Shown piece after piece: positions 19,325-28,963 of a stretch of DNA of 64,000 nt (the first letter of the stretch is position 1; the number at the start of each line of letters is the position of its first letter). The notes beneath the pieces are model-generated. The model was not told where the DNA came from and made no database searches. It worked only from the letters and a program-made list of their open reading frames with translations. Source of the DNA: Candidatus Hydrogenedentota bacterium (GTDB lineage: Bacteria; Hydrogenedentota; Hydrogenedentia; Hydrogenedentales; SLHB01). Made by a program: the position numbers and the translations under genes. Where the stretch lies: assembly GCA_963745075.1 (NCBI GenBank), contig CAVUWV010000001.1, positions 160,001 to 224,000 of the forward strand. The letters are read 5' to 3'.

Positions 19325-21169
19325 ATGAAAAAGAACTCGATCTTTGTAGTCGTAATCGCAGTCGCTGTGTTGTTGTTCGGCAGCGAAAAGGCCGTTGCGT
19401 CGCAGGCAGGGGGCGCGGCCGGCGTTCTGCTGGGGTTTGCGTGGGTGACGGCGGACGGAGCGGACCAGGACGCGGAGTTGTTCATGGGGAGCGAAGCGGA
19501 CCTGCAACGCAAAGGGGTTTGGGTGACCTACACGGACGTGGACGGCGCCTTGCGGCCTACCCTGTCTGTTGGAACCGAGACGTTTGAGGCGGATGTCGAC
19601 GCCAATCAACTTCAATCGCTCAGTTTCGTCGTCGCCTGTGGTAATCCGGCCGGTGCGAAGCGGTACGAGCGGATTTTGTTTCGGAAGGGACTCGTGCTGG
19701 GGATGAACGCTCCGCAAGCCGCGAATACGTACGCGGTTCTAATCAATCGCGAATTCGTTAGCGCCGGTGAAGGGCAGGACGTGGCGCAACCCGAAAGCGG
19801 GGATGCCGCTGCGCGCCGGCGAACGCGGGGGTTGGCGCTCGCATATGCCGCCCAATCGGACGCGTATACGAATCAGATGATGAAACTATTTGGGGTCAAC
19901 GCATCGTTTGCGATGCCTCGGATCGTGGTCGCGGCGGAAGAGTGGATGGAAATCGAGTCGAAGAAGGAGGCTCCGGCGTCGGGTGGTGGCGGTATTTTCG
20001 GAGTCGATATCGCCTCCATGATGGATGGGGACGAAGGCGGCGGGAAGAAGCAGTTTACGTCGTACTCGATCGACGTGCTCCATGACGACATGGAAACGAC
20101 GGGAGGCGATGGTGTTGCGTTCCAGACCGCACGCAGCATACGGAACGACATTCTCGAAGGCGAAGTGATCTATGCGGCGACCGGCGGACAACGGCGGGTG
20201 CTTACCGCGAGTATCGTTTTCAGTCAGTTGATGAAGAACCGCGCGGACTTCGGGACCGACAACCGGATTCTGAACGTAGATGCGGAACACCCGGAAGTCT
20301 TGGACCAGTGTACGGATCTTTATCCTGAAGCGAAAGCGGCGATTACCCGTTTCCTGGCGGATTCACCGGGCTGGACCGTGCAAATCCCGCAGAAGCCGGT
20401 CATCTTTCTGCGGGATAAAGTTCCGGCGTACGGGACGTATGCCTGGTTCTATTCGGATCCCCAGACGGGGCGGATGGTAGGAATGTTGCCGAACGGATTG
20501 CACGGCGCGTCGGACGAGGTCAACGCGTTGGGCGAGGATTTACGAAAGGAAGCCGTGGATCGTCTGACCGACGAGGCCCGGGCGAGGCTTCAGCAGTACA
20601 CCGGGAAAGAAGGCGGTGTGCAGACGTTTTTCGGCGCGGTCGCGGGAATGTATGTCGCTTCGGCGGGCGTTCTCGACGGGATCGGGATTACCATGGAAGA
20701 CCCGTCGATCGCGGCGCTCAGCCCCGAAGACTTGCTGAAATTCATCGCGGAACATGCGTTGGAACACTGCAAGGAGTTTCTCGAAGCGCACAGTGACGAT
20801 TACGGCTATTCCGCCCGCGTGGGATTTTGGGGCGGCACGACGGCCATTGTCGGTAACCTAGGTGGAGCCGATGCGGCGAAAAAGGTTGCCGATGCCGCGT
20901 GGAACGACATCAAGGAAAAAGCCGTCGCGGATATTCAACAGGACGTCGCGGAAAAAGCCGGCGAGCTTGCCGGCGGGGGCCGCGAGGCGGTGCAAGAAGC
21001 GGTCCGCAACGCAGCGCAACGTTACGCAAACCGGGCGCAAGACTTCCAAGGGGTCGTGGGAAATGAGGAGGATGCCTACGGTTTCCAGAGTGATGTGCCC
21101 GGCCGCGATTTTAACCAGGAAATCGAGCCGCAACTGAATCAGATTGTCGACGGGGTGATGCGCGGCTAA
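19325..21169 (+). CDS. Hypothetical exported protein, 614 aa
   Basis: Long ORF with GGAGG RBS, signal peptide, host-like codon usage. Confidence 0.75.
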   Translation: MKKNSIFVVVIAVAVLLFGSEKAVASQAGGAAGVLLGFAWVTADGADQDAELFMGSEADLQRKGVWVTYTDVDGALRPTLSVGTETFEADVDANQLQSLSFVVACGNPAGAKRYERILFRKGLVLGMNAPQAANTYAVLINREFVSAGEGQDVAQPESGDAAARRRTRGLALAYAAQSDAYTNQMMKLFGVNASFAMPRIVVAAEEWMEIESKKEAPASGGGGIFGVDIASMMDGDEGGGKKQFTSYSIDVLHDDMETTGGDGVAFQTARSIRNDILEGEVIYAATGGQRRVLTASIVFSQLMKNRADFGTDNRILNVDAEHPEVLDQCTDLYPEAKAAITRFLADSPGWTVQIPQKPVIFLRDKVPAYGTYAWFYSDPQTGRMVGMLPNGLHGASDEVNALGEDLRKEAVDRLTDEARARLQQYTGKEGGVQTFFGAVAGMYVASAGVLDGIGITMEDPSIAALSPEDLLKFIAEHALEHCKEFLEAHSDDYGYSARVGFWGGTTAIVGNLGGADAAKKVADAAWNDIKEKAVADIQQDVAEKAGELAGGGREAVQEAVRNAAQRYANRAQDFQGVVGNEEDAYGFQSDVPGRDFNQEIEPQLNQIVDGVMRG

Positions 21170-22356
21170 AAGTACCAGGCGAGTTCGACTTGGAGGTAGT
21201 CGTCGTTTCGGAAGGCGTAGCCCGGGTCGGACTCGGGGAAGTTGGAGAAGGCGCGGGCTTCGACGCTGAGGCGCCAACTACTTCCGAGGCGGCGGCTGAA
21301 CTCGAGGGAGGCGGCGGTGGCGCCCGATTCGGGGTCCACGATGGCGCCGGCGAGGAGTTGGGTCGTCTGAGTATCGTTGAAGCCGATGCGCGTGCCCAGA
21401 AAGATGTCGCTTTCGAAAGGTAGTGGCGCATCGTGGCCGCGGCTGTCGTAGAGGTATTCGGCGAGGAGTCCCAGGTCGGCGCCGGTTTTGAAGACGTCGT
21501 AGAAGGTGTATTCGAACCCGGCCGTCAGCGCCGTAAACGTTTCGCCCTGGCCGATTCGGTGTATCGCTTCTAGCTTCCACAACCATCCGCCATTGGTGAG
21601 TTGCACATCCAGGCCGGTCTGGTCGATCTGGTCGTAGTAGGGCACAAGTTTCAAGAGGTCTGACGAACTGAACCGCGGTTTCAGCTGCGGTTCGCGGCTG
21701 GTTCCCGAGAAGTGGGAGAGGCCGATATCCCAATCGCCGATGCTTCGGGACCAACGGATAGCCCAGTCGAGATGATATTCTTTCGCGCCGGATCCGTATT
21801 CGGCGTGGTCCGTGTCGACGGGGATCGGCGGACGTAGCCGTCCGTAGGCCCCGGGAAAGGTCCGTTCGCGGAACCCGGGTAGGACGAAGAAGTCCAGCGT
21901 TCCCCAGTTTCCGACGAGGGCCAAGTCGATCATGGGCTGACCGAGTTTGTCTTCGCCGTCCGGGTCTTCCACGAGGTCGGTCTGATTGATGATGTCTACG
22001 AGGTGCTGCGATTCCGTGACACCCCAGAACACCCGGCGAATACCGATGCGCAGTTCCCATTTCTCGGCGGTCTTTTGCCAATAGAGTTCGCGGATATCGG
22101 CGTGGGTTCGTTCCGGATCCTGTTGATCCCAACGCACGAACGGTTCAAACGTGAAACTTTGGTCCCGCTCTTCCCACTGGTGGTAGTACTCGGGTTCCAG
22201 AGAGAGGGACAGGTCGTCGCCGCGTTGTTCGTCGTAGGCGGGATCGGATGGGAAGAGCCGAAGTTGCCCGGCAACATTACCGGACCACTCGCCCGCTTGC
22301 GCCGCGGCAGATAGAAGCAGTGGAACAAGGCAGCAATATCGAAGGCCCGCGTTCAC
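21166..22356 (-). CDS. Putative outer-membrane beta-barrel protein
   Basis: Signal peptide, amphipathic strands, C-terminal YLQVELAWYF barrel signal; IRELYW...FWGVTESQHLVDIINQ. Confidence 0.8.
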   Translation of the reverse strand: MNAGLRYCCLVPLLLSAAAQAGEWSGNVAGQLRLFPSDPAYDEQRGDDLSLSLEPEYYHQWEERDQSFTFEPFVRWDQQDPERTHADIRELYWQKTAEKWELRIGIRRVFWGVTESQHLVDIINQTDLVEDPDGEDKLGQPMIDLALVGNWGTLDFFVLPGFRERTFPGAYGRLRPPIPVDTDHAEYGSGAKEYHLDWAIRWSRSIGDWDIGLSHFSGTSREPQLKPRFSSSDLLKLVPYYDQIDQTGLDVQLTNGGWLWKLEAIHRIGQGETFTALTAGFEYTFYDVFKTGADLGLLAEYLYDSRGHDAPLPFESDIFLGTRIGFNDTQTTQLLAGAIVDPESGATAASLEFSRRLGSSWRLSVEARAFSNFPESDPGYAFRNDDYLQVELAWYF

Positions 22357-22360
22357 CCAG

Positions 22361-23173
22361 TCACTTTACGTTCGCCAGACTGTTCTGGTCGAAGTCGCGG
22401 TCCGTAAACCCTTTTTGAAACTCCGTATCGGTCCACAGCAACTCGGTGCTTTTTCCGGTTTGGTGATTGACCATGTTCAGTTCCTTCGCGCGCCAGAATT
22501 TGCCCAGATATTGCTGATACTCTCCGACGGAGAGCGTTTTGAGAAGCGCGTCTTTCCGGTCATAGAACTCAACCTTCTGGATGCGATACTCGTCTTTGTC
22601 GAGCCAGACGACTTGCCGCGTGTACCCGGACTTCGGGTCAAGCGGCACGCGTTCGATGACAAAGCAAGGGAGGCCGTCGAGCGATTCGTCGCGCAGGTAT
22701 TTGTAGGTGTACTTTTCGATTTCCTGCGACGTGAGATCTTCATAGGCGAATTCGCTGCCCATAAAGGGACCGGACTTGTTGCTGGACGAAATGCGTTTGA
22801 CGCGCTTCAGCGCGGGTAAATAGAGCCACTGGTCGTCGGGTTCGGTCTTGTGGCTGAACGTGAGCAAAGCGGTGCCTTTGACATCGGCGGGCAGGTCGAA
22901 AATGACGAGAGACTTGTCGCCGTCGCTTTCCCCTTCGAGGTACCGGATGCGAAGTTCGCGATTGGACTCGTCGCCATGGCTGTTGCGGAGGATCATGGTC
23001 GCCGTGGTCTCGTAATCGCCCCAGCCGGTATCGCGTTGATTGGCTTCCCGGGCGATGGCCAAGCCCTTCTCTTCCGCAGTCTCGGCCCAACCCGCTACGG
23101 ACACGAGTGCAGCCACCAGAATACCGGCTAGGAACCGCAGCGGGAATGGCCGCCGGATACATCGAGCAATCAC
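22361..23173 (-). CDS. LolA-like outer membrane lipoprotein-sorting family protein
   Basis: PADVKGTALL, DDQWLYLPALKRVKRI, FMGSEFAYEDL motifs; signal peptide. Confidence 0.88.
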   Translation of the reverse strand: MIARCIRRPFPLRFLAGILVAALVSVAGWAETAEEKGLAIAREANQRDTGWGDYETTATMILRNSHGDESNRELRIRYLEGESDGDKSLVIFDLPADVKGTALLTFSHKTEPDDQWLYLPALKRVKRISSSNKSGPFMGSEFAYEDLTSQEIEKYTYKYLRDESLDGLPCFVIERVPLDPKSGYTRQVVWLDKDEYRIQKVEFYDRKDALLKTLSVGEYQQYLGKFWRAKELNMVNHQTGKSTELLWTDTEFQKGFTDRDFDQNSLANVK

Positions 23174-25503
23174 GCGCGCTTACCTCCATCGAATTCGAGG
23201 AACTTGTCGAACATCATTAACAAACACGGCAGCAACAGCAAGTCCGCCGCCAGCGCGATGGTTATGACGAGAGCGGTGAGACGCCCCATGGCGGCGTTCA
23301 CTTCAAAGGCGGAGAGGGAAAGCACCATAAAGCCGCCCACGAGGATAACCGAGGTAGCAACCAAAGCGTTGCCCACCGACGCAAACGCGTAGCGCACCGC
23401 ATCTTCCGGGGACGCACCACGTTCACGGCGTGCGCGGCGGTACTTGGTCAGAAAGTGAACGGTATCGTCTACCACGATCCCCAAGGTTACCGCGATAACG
23501 GCCGCCAGGCCCAGTCCGATACGCCCGACGAAGAGGCCCCAGACGCCGAAGGCAATGGCCGCGGGAACGAGATTGGGTATCAGGCTAATCAGGCCGAGCT
23601 TGATGCTGCGCAGCGAGACGAGCAGTACAATCGAGATCAGCACGAGCGCCAGCGTCGTGCCAATCAGCATGCTCCGGGTATCGCGTTGAGCGATGCGCGA
23701 GAAGAGAACCGCTGGGCCCATGCCATGGGAGAACATGTAGGGCGGCGTGTTCTCGGTAAGCCAGCGCTCGCCCGCGTCGGCGGTCTGGAGCACTTCGTTT
23801 GATGTAACGCCGCCGACCGTGACGATGAACCGGGTCGCCGACTTCCTGATATCAATACGATCGTTAAGATCGAGGCCGAAGGGCAGCGACATTTCGTAGA
23901 GCAAGAGGTATTGGGCGGCGAGGTCCCGTTCGTGTGGCAATGTATATTGATTCTTGTCGTCGCCGTGCATGGTCATATTGATGCGTTTCATAATATCGCT
24001 GAAACTACTCACGTGCACGACGTTGGGTTGATGGCGAAACCATTCCGCAAACGCGTCCAGCTTCTGCAGGTATTCCGGGTTGGCGATGCCGCCCTCGTCA
24101 CCCGATCCAATGGAATATTCGATGGGATACATCCCAGTGAGGTTTTCCGTGGTGAATTCGATGTCCTTGCGAAAGTGGTTGGACTCGTTGAAGTACATGG
24201 TGTAGTGGTCGTTCAATTCGTTGAGGGGGATGAAGGCGACGAACAGGACCGTCACCGCGACAAACGCCGGCAATAGCACGCGACGCCGGCGTATGACGAA
24301 CTCGCCCAGCGCGACCATCCAGGTATTTGAAACGAGCCGATGGTGCTTGGCCCGAATGGGCAAGACGGCAACGAGCGCCGGCAGGAGAATGATGGAGTAG
24401 AAGTACGCGGCGGCGATGCCCATGGCGCACATGTTGCCGAGATCGCGGAAGGGCGGCGAGTCGGAGGTGTTGATGCTGAGAAACCCGATGATCGTGGTGA
24501 GGCTCGTCAGGAAGACGGGGACCATGTTGATGCGCAGGCTCCGAACGAGCGCGTCGTTTTTGGTGTGTCCTTCGTTCATCTTCTCGAGCAGCGTCATGAG
24601 GAGGTGGACGCTGTCAGCGACGGCCAGCGTCATGATGATGGTAGGGGCCGACGCGGACGTGGCGGTAATGTCGAATCCCAACCAGCCGGCCAGACCCATG
24701 GCGGTCGATACCGCGAGCGCGACGACCGAGACGGCGACAAAGGTGCACGACACGGACCGCAAGAAGACGAGCATGAGGACGATAATGCCCGCATACATGA
24801 GAGGAACGAGCGTGCTGATGTCTTTTTCCGCGGCCTCACGGAAGGCGTTGTTGAGCATCAAGGAGCCCGTAAGATAGATCGCAAGGCCGGGATGGTCCGC
24901 CTCAATGCGCTGGGCGAGCGCCCGTGCGGCGAGAGCGGCTTCCGTACCTTCGACCCGCGCCACGTCGGGTAGTTGATACGTGACGATGACGCCGGCAACG
25001 CGCGCGGAGGGGGATATGAGCGAATGGAGAACCTCGGGCTCGGACAGCGCGATGGCTTTCAGTCGCGCAAGATCCTCGGGGGACTTGTCCGAGGGATCGC
25101 CGATCAGGTCTTCCACGATCAGTTCGTCGCCGTCGGCGTGACTGTATGGATAGTTCGTGATCGAATCGACCCGCCGTGAATAGTCGAGTTTCCATGCCTG
25201 TTGCGTGAGGTCGTGAATGGCAGTCAGAGCGTCGGCGGTGAATACGTCTCCGCTTGCCGGCGCGACGGCGAAGACGATGTATTCATTCTTGGTGAAAACG
25301 TTCTGAAGCTTGGTGTAGGCAACCAGCTCCGGGTCGTCCCGATTGAAGAAGACGCGGTAGTCATCGTTGACTTTCAGATAGCTCGCGCCGAACGACGTTG
25401 CCAACCACACGACCAGCGTCGCAATCAAAACGGGCCACCGCCGTCGGACCAGCCACCGTCCGTAGGCCTCGACCCGATCGTCGAATCGTAATCGACGGTT
25501 CAT
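23170..25503 (-). CDS. MMPL/RND-family lipid transporter
   Basis: Two repeats of TM + periplasmic domain + TM bundle; LAVADSVH and GIVVDDTVH motifs. Confidence 0.92.
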   Translation of the reverse strand: MNRRLRFDDRVEAYGRWLVRRRWPVLIATLVVWLATSFGASYLKVNDDYRVFFNRDDPELVAYTKLQNVFTKNEYIVFAVAPASGDVFTADALTAIHDLTQQAWKLDYSRRVDSITNYPYSHADGDELIVEDLIGDPSDKSPEDLARLKAIALSEPEVLHSLISPSARVAGVIVTYQLPDVARVEGTEAALAARALAQRIEADHPGLAIYLTGSLMLNNAFREAAEKDISTLVPLMYAGIIVLMLVFLRSVSCTFVAVSVVALAVSTAMGLAGWLGFDITATSASAPTIIMTLAVADSVHLLMTLLEKMNEGHTKNDALVRSLRINMVPVFLTSLTTIIGFLSINTSDSPPFRDLGNMCAMGIAAAYFYSIILLPALVAVLPIRAKHHRLVSNTWMVALGEFVIRRRRVLLPAFVAVTVLFVAFIPLNELNDHYTMYFNESNHFRKDIEFTTENLTGMYPIEYSIGSGDEGGIANPEYLQKLDAFAEWFRHQPNVVHVSSFSDIMKRINMTMHGDDKNQYTLPHERDLAAQYLLLYEMSLPFGLDLNDRIDIRKSATRFIVTVGGVTSNEVLQTADAGERWLTENTPPYMFSHGMGPAVLFSRIAQRDTRSMLIGTTLALVLISIVLLVSLRSIKLGLISLIPNLVPAAIAFGVWGLFVGRIGLGLAAVIAVTLGIVVDDTVHFLTKYRRARRERGASPEDAVRYAFASVGNALVATSVILVGGFMVLSLSAFEVNAAMGRLTALVITIALAADLLLLPCLLMMFDKFLEFDGGKRA

Positions 25504-27089
25504 GCCTCGAACCCCAAGGAGCCGAGCATCCGGCGCAATTGGTGGTAATCGACTTTTGAATGGTGCCGTTTGTCAACCGGAATCTTTTGGCAGGTCCTAA
25601 CAACATCAATTTGGGCCCAGGACAGGGCGCGCTTGATGGCGGCGACGTCGGGGGCAAGTCCGGCCGTTATAGGCTCGACTACCAGGGTCCGGTTTCCCCG
25701 TTCCGCGACAAGTGCCGCGCGGCGTACCCCGGGCAGCAGCAGAGCCGCGCCTTCGACCGCGAACGGATAGAGCGTGCCGCGTTCGTCGGATAGGACGGCT
25801 TCGCATCGGCCCAGCAGCCAGAGGCGGCCGCGATCGTCGAGGTAGCCCGCGTCCCCCGTGCGGTGCCAGATGGTGCTGTCGACCGCAAACTTCAATTCGC
25901 GATCGCCCCGCCCGTTCAGATATCCCTTGAGAACGTGATCGCCGGTCACGACGATTTCGCCGGGTTCCCCGACGGATGTGGTCACTTGCGCGAACTCTTC
26001 CTGTGTGTACGGTCCCAAGGGGGAACCCCATCGATCGCGAAGGATGCGGAGTTGAATGGACTTTACCGGCGCACCGGCCAGGAGGCCTTTCCCGTTGTGC
26101 ATACCGTCCAAATCTTCCGCGTTCATGTCTGTATACGCCAGTTCCGCAACGGGTTCAGCCTCGGTGGATCCATAGATGGCAACAATTCGCGCTTTGGGCG
26201 TGACCTGGCGGAGTTTCTCGATCAGGGGCGGAAAGACCGGGGCGCCGCCGCAGAAGATTCTGGTCAATTTCGGCAACTGGTGGTTCTTCTCGATGCAAAA
26301 GTCGGCAAGCGTTTCGAGAAAGGACGGCGCCGCCGTCGTGCTGGTCGGTTGGCCTTTGAGTATTTGCGCATAGAGTGCCTGGGGATTGATATTGCCGGGC
26401 CGCCGCAGATCAACGCCGGGGATCATCGTCGCAGCGCCGGAAGCAAGGTTGGTCAGGACCACAACGGGAAGCGTGCAGAGGTTGATGTCGTCGGACGTCA
26501 TGGTCAACGTATCCTGCAGAATCCGGTGTTGCGCGAGCAGAAACTTATGGGACCGCACGACCACCTTAGGTTGCCCCGTGCTGCCGCTGGTGAATGTCAT
26601 CAGGGCGGGCATGTCCTCGGGTACCGGATGCATAGCCTCGAAGGGGGTCGTATCGTCGGCGCGGCGAAGCGCGGTGGCGCCTGGAAGTGTAACGGTCGTG
26701 GAGTACTTGCGCGGAATCCGCCGCAGGCCGGGCGAAATCAGGCGCAGCAAGTGCGCTTTCGGCGGACTGATCATCGCCTTGAACGGGTGCAACGCGCAGC
26801 ATCGGCCGATGTGTCCCTTGCCGGCGGAGGGATCGAGGAACGTGGCGACCGCGCCCAAGCGGAACAGCGCCAACAGAATGACGTAGAGTTCGAGGGACAT
26901 GGGACAAAACACGAGCATGGCGTCGCCGGGCCCGATGCCATCGTGGTGAAAGAGTCCGGCAACCCGCTTTGTAGCGGCATCGAGTTCGGCGAAGGTTGTC
27001 GTGCGGGGAAGGCTGCGATGCGTGTCGATGAGGGCGGTTTTCTCGGGCGACACCTGCGTCAGGTTTTTCAGGAGTTCCATGACATTCAT
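25500..27089 (-). CDS. ANL-superfamily AMP-dependent ligase, OleC-like
   Basis: FTSGSTGQPK, YGSTEAEP, WHRTGDAG, PVDKRHHSKVDY; start set at ATG 27089 (ATGA overlap). Confidence 0.88.
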   Translation of the reverse strand: MNVMELLKNLTQVSPEKTALIDTHRSLPRTTTFAELDAATKRVAGLFHHDGIGPGDAMLVFCPMSLELYVILLALFRLGAVATFLDPSAGKGHIGRCCALHPFKAMISPPKAHLLRLISPGLRRIPRKYSTTVTLPGATALRRADDTTPFEAMHPVPEDMPALMTFTSGSTGQPKVVVRSHKFLLAQHRILQDTLTMTSDDINLCTLPVVVLTNLASGAATMIPGVDLRRPGNINPQALYAQILKGQPTSTTAAPSFLETLADFCIEKNHQLPKLTRIFCGGAPVFPPLIEKLRQVTPKARIVAIYGSTEAEPVAELAYTDMNAEDLDGMHNGKGLLAGAPVKSIQLRILRDRWGSPLGPYTQEEFAQVTTSVGEPGEIVVTGDHVLKGYLNGRGDRELKFAVDSTIWHRTGDAGYLDDRGRLWLLGRCEAVLSDERGTLYPFAVEGAALLLPGVRRAALVAERGNRTLVVEPITAGLAPDVAAIKRALSWAQIDVVRTCQKIPVDKRHHSKVDYHQLRRMLGSLGFEA

Positions 27090-28087
27090 GACGTCAGGTC
27101 CTTCCCGAAAAGCGCGTATCTGCGGATGGGGATTGCCGAGCGCTTTGAAAGGGCAATCGACGCATTGTTCACGTGCATCAACGCGTGGATGGACCGGTGC
27201 CATCCGAACTGTTCCAAGCCGATGGTCTCGCATCGCCGCAGGAGCACCGCGCCTAGGCCCGTGTAGTCGGGGCCGGGATGGCGGGCCAAGGTCTTGATGA
27301 TAAGCGTGTCGACGTGTTGTCCCCGTTGCGCCTGGAGATAGTCCGGGATGCCGAAAATGAACCCGACCAATTCGCCATTCCGTTCCGCCAGTAGAAAGGT
27401 CTCCGGTCGCGTCATCGGAAGGACCGGCAGGTACAGTGCGAGAAAGTCGTCTTCTGAAATCGGCGAGTACAGCACGTTGTCGCGGAACATCAGCAGACTC
27501 GCGCGATGGACGGCCAGCAGTTCGTTTTCCAATCGCTTCATGTCTATCTGACGGAAAATCACGCCCAGCGCGTCGAGACGCCGTTCGGCGTCGCCAATAT
27601 CGGTCACCGTTTCGATGGGTCCACTGCGGAGGGCGGAAAGATACTCGGCGTAGGGATCGAACCCGGCTTTCACGAATTGCTCCGGATAGTCGGACGAATT
27701 GACCGGCTCCAGAAAGAACGGTGGTTGGTCTCCGGGATCGGTCACGAACCGGTAGGATTTCCATGTGGAGCCGTCCATGGGGCCGACGGCGTAGTCGCAC
27801 CCGTTTTCCGCGAGCTGATGACATGCCTCCGCCAACAGGGTTGACGCCGCCCGATTGTCGCACGCCGCATAGTGCCCGATGGTTCCGAGCCGGAACTGGC
27901 CATGCCGGGGAACGGCGCTCCACCACAAGGAACATCGCGCCTGGAGTATGTCCTTGTCATCAATCACGATGAGATGGACGTCGGCGCCGTCGCGATGCCA
28001 GGTGCTCCCATCAAGCGGGGCCGCGCCATCCGCAAAGGCAATGCCGTGCCACGCGTCAGGGGACGTTACAGCGAGTGCTTTGCCCAT
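27086..28087 (-). CDS. GNAT-fold acyltransferase-like protein
   Basis: GTIGHY, AVGPMDGSTWKSYRF, PFFLEP, IIKTLARHP...GLG; tandem GNAT-like layout. Confidence 0.7.
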   Translation of the reverse strand: MGKALAVTSPDAWHGIAFADGAAPLDGSTWHRDGADVHLIVIDDKDILQARCSLWWSAVPRHGQFRLGTIGHYAACDNRAASTLLAEACHQLAENGCDYAVGPMDGSTWKSYRFVTDPGDQPPFFLEPVNSSDYPEQFVKAGFDPYAEYLSALRSGPIETVTDIGDAERRLDALGVIFRQIDMKRLENELLAVHRASLLMFRDNVLYSPISEDDFLALYLPVLPMTRPETFLLAERNGELVGFIFGIPDYLQAQRGQHVDTLIIKTLARHPGPDYTGLGAVLLRRCETIGLEQFGWHRSIHALMHVNNASIALSKRSAIPIRRYALFGKDLTS

Positions 28088-28099
28088 CGCGCGTCTCCG

Positions 28100-28963
28100 T
28101 CAATCCACCGGGCGGTCGCCGCCGCCGGGGGCGGTGAAAACGAATGCCATGAATCGCTCGACGGTCGCAATCGGGCCGACGGCGTACGCAGTCCAGAACT
28201 CCCAGAAAAGCACCATGACCGAGGTGACAACAGAGAGACTTACCAAGGCAACCAACGGGGGCGTATCCAGCAGCGACGCACCTGCCAGTGTCAAATATCC
28301 CACGATGGGCACCGTGAAATTATCCAGACCCCGGAAGCTGATTGCTTCGACCACGCAAAGCGCCGCGGCTGTTCCCGTAGCCATAAGAAGCGCCGTTAAC
28401 GCCCCGTCATTGGTGAAGCCAAGCAGCCCTGCTGCGGTCACACCAAAAGTTGTCAATAGAAAAGCGAGACTGCCCTCGATCGACTTGCGCTTGCGTTCCG
28501 TCGTCGACGCGAAGCGCATTCCCACGACGCAGGCGACGGTATCGGAAACGGTCAGGTACAGCAGGGGAAGGCAGAACAGTAGCGGCTGCCCTCCAGACAA
28601 CCAGAAGACCGTCGTTATCGAGACCGGAAACAGGAGGTCGCCAACGGATCGCCTTCGTTGGGCGCTCCAATGGAGAATGTAGCCGACCTCATAGTTACGC
28701 CGTGCGGCGAGCCTCAACAACAGTAAGGACGCCAGCGTCAGGCAAGCGATCGCTACGACGGGTCGAACCGATTCGAACAGCCACGGTAACGGCAACGAGA
28801 CGAGTCCCATGACGACATGGGCGCATTTGCGTGGTACTTCCGGATGCACCGGCCAGCGGCGTTTCACGATGATCATAGCGGCCATGACCGCGCCAAACGC
28901 CAGAAGTATCACGCTCATACCCACCCAGGGAGGAATTGGAAATGCGTGCGGCGGGGACATCAT
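28100..28963 (-). CDS. CTP-dependent polyprenol/phytol/DAG kinase-like membrane protein (cytidylyltransferase superfamily)
   Basis: RKCAH, SDTVACVVG, KSIEGS, EAIS..GLDNFTVP; highly hydrophobic. Confidence 0.8.
   Translation of the reverse strand: MMSPPHAFPIPPWVGMSVILLAFGAVMAAMIIVKRRWPVHPEVPRKCAHVVMGLVSLPLPWLFESVRPVVAIACLTLASLLLLRLAARRNYEVGYILHWSAQRRRSVGDLLFPVSITTVFWLSGGQPLLFCLPLLYLTVSDTVACVVGMRFASTTERKRKSIEGSLAFLLTTFGVTAAGLLGFTNDGALTALLMATGTAAALCVVEAISFRGLDNFTVPIVGYLTLAGASLLDTPPLVALVSLSVVTSVMVLFWEFWTAYAVGPIATVERFMAFVFTAPGGGDRPVD

Noticed and set aside
27090..27935. N-terminal extension of the 811-aa AMP-ligase ORF
   Set aside because: Arg-rich off-frame overlap with the GNAT gene; real start is the ATGA at 27089
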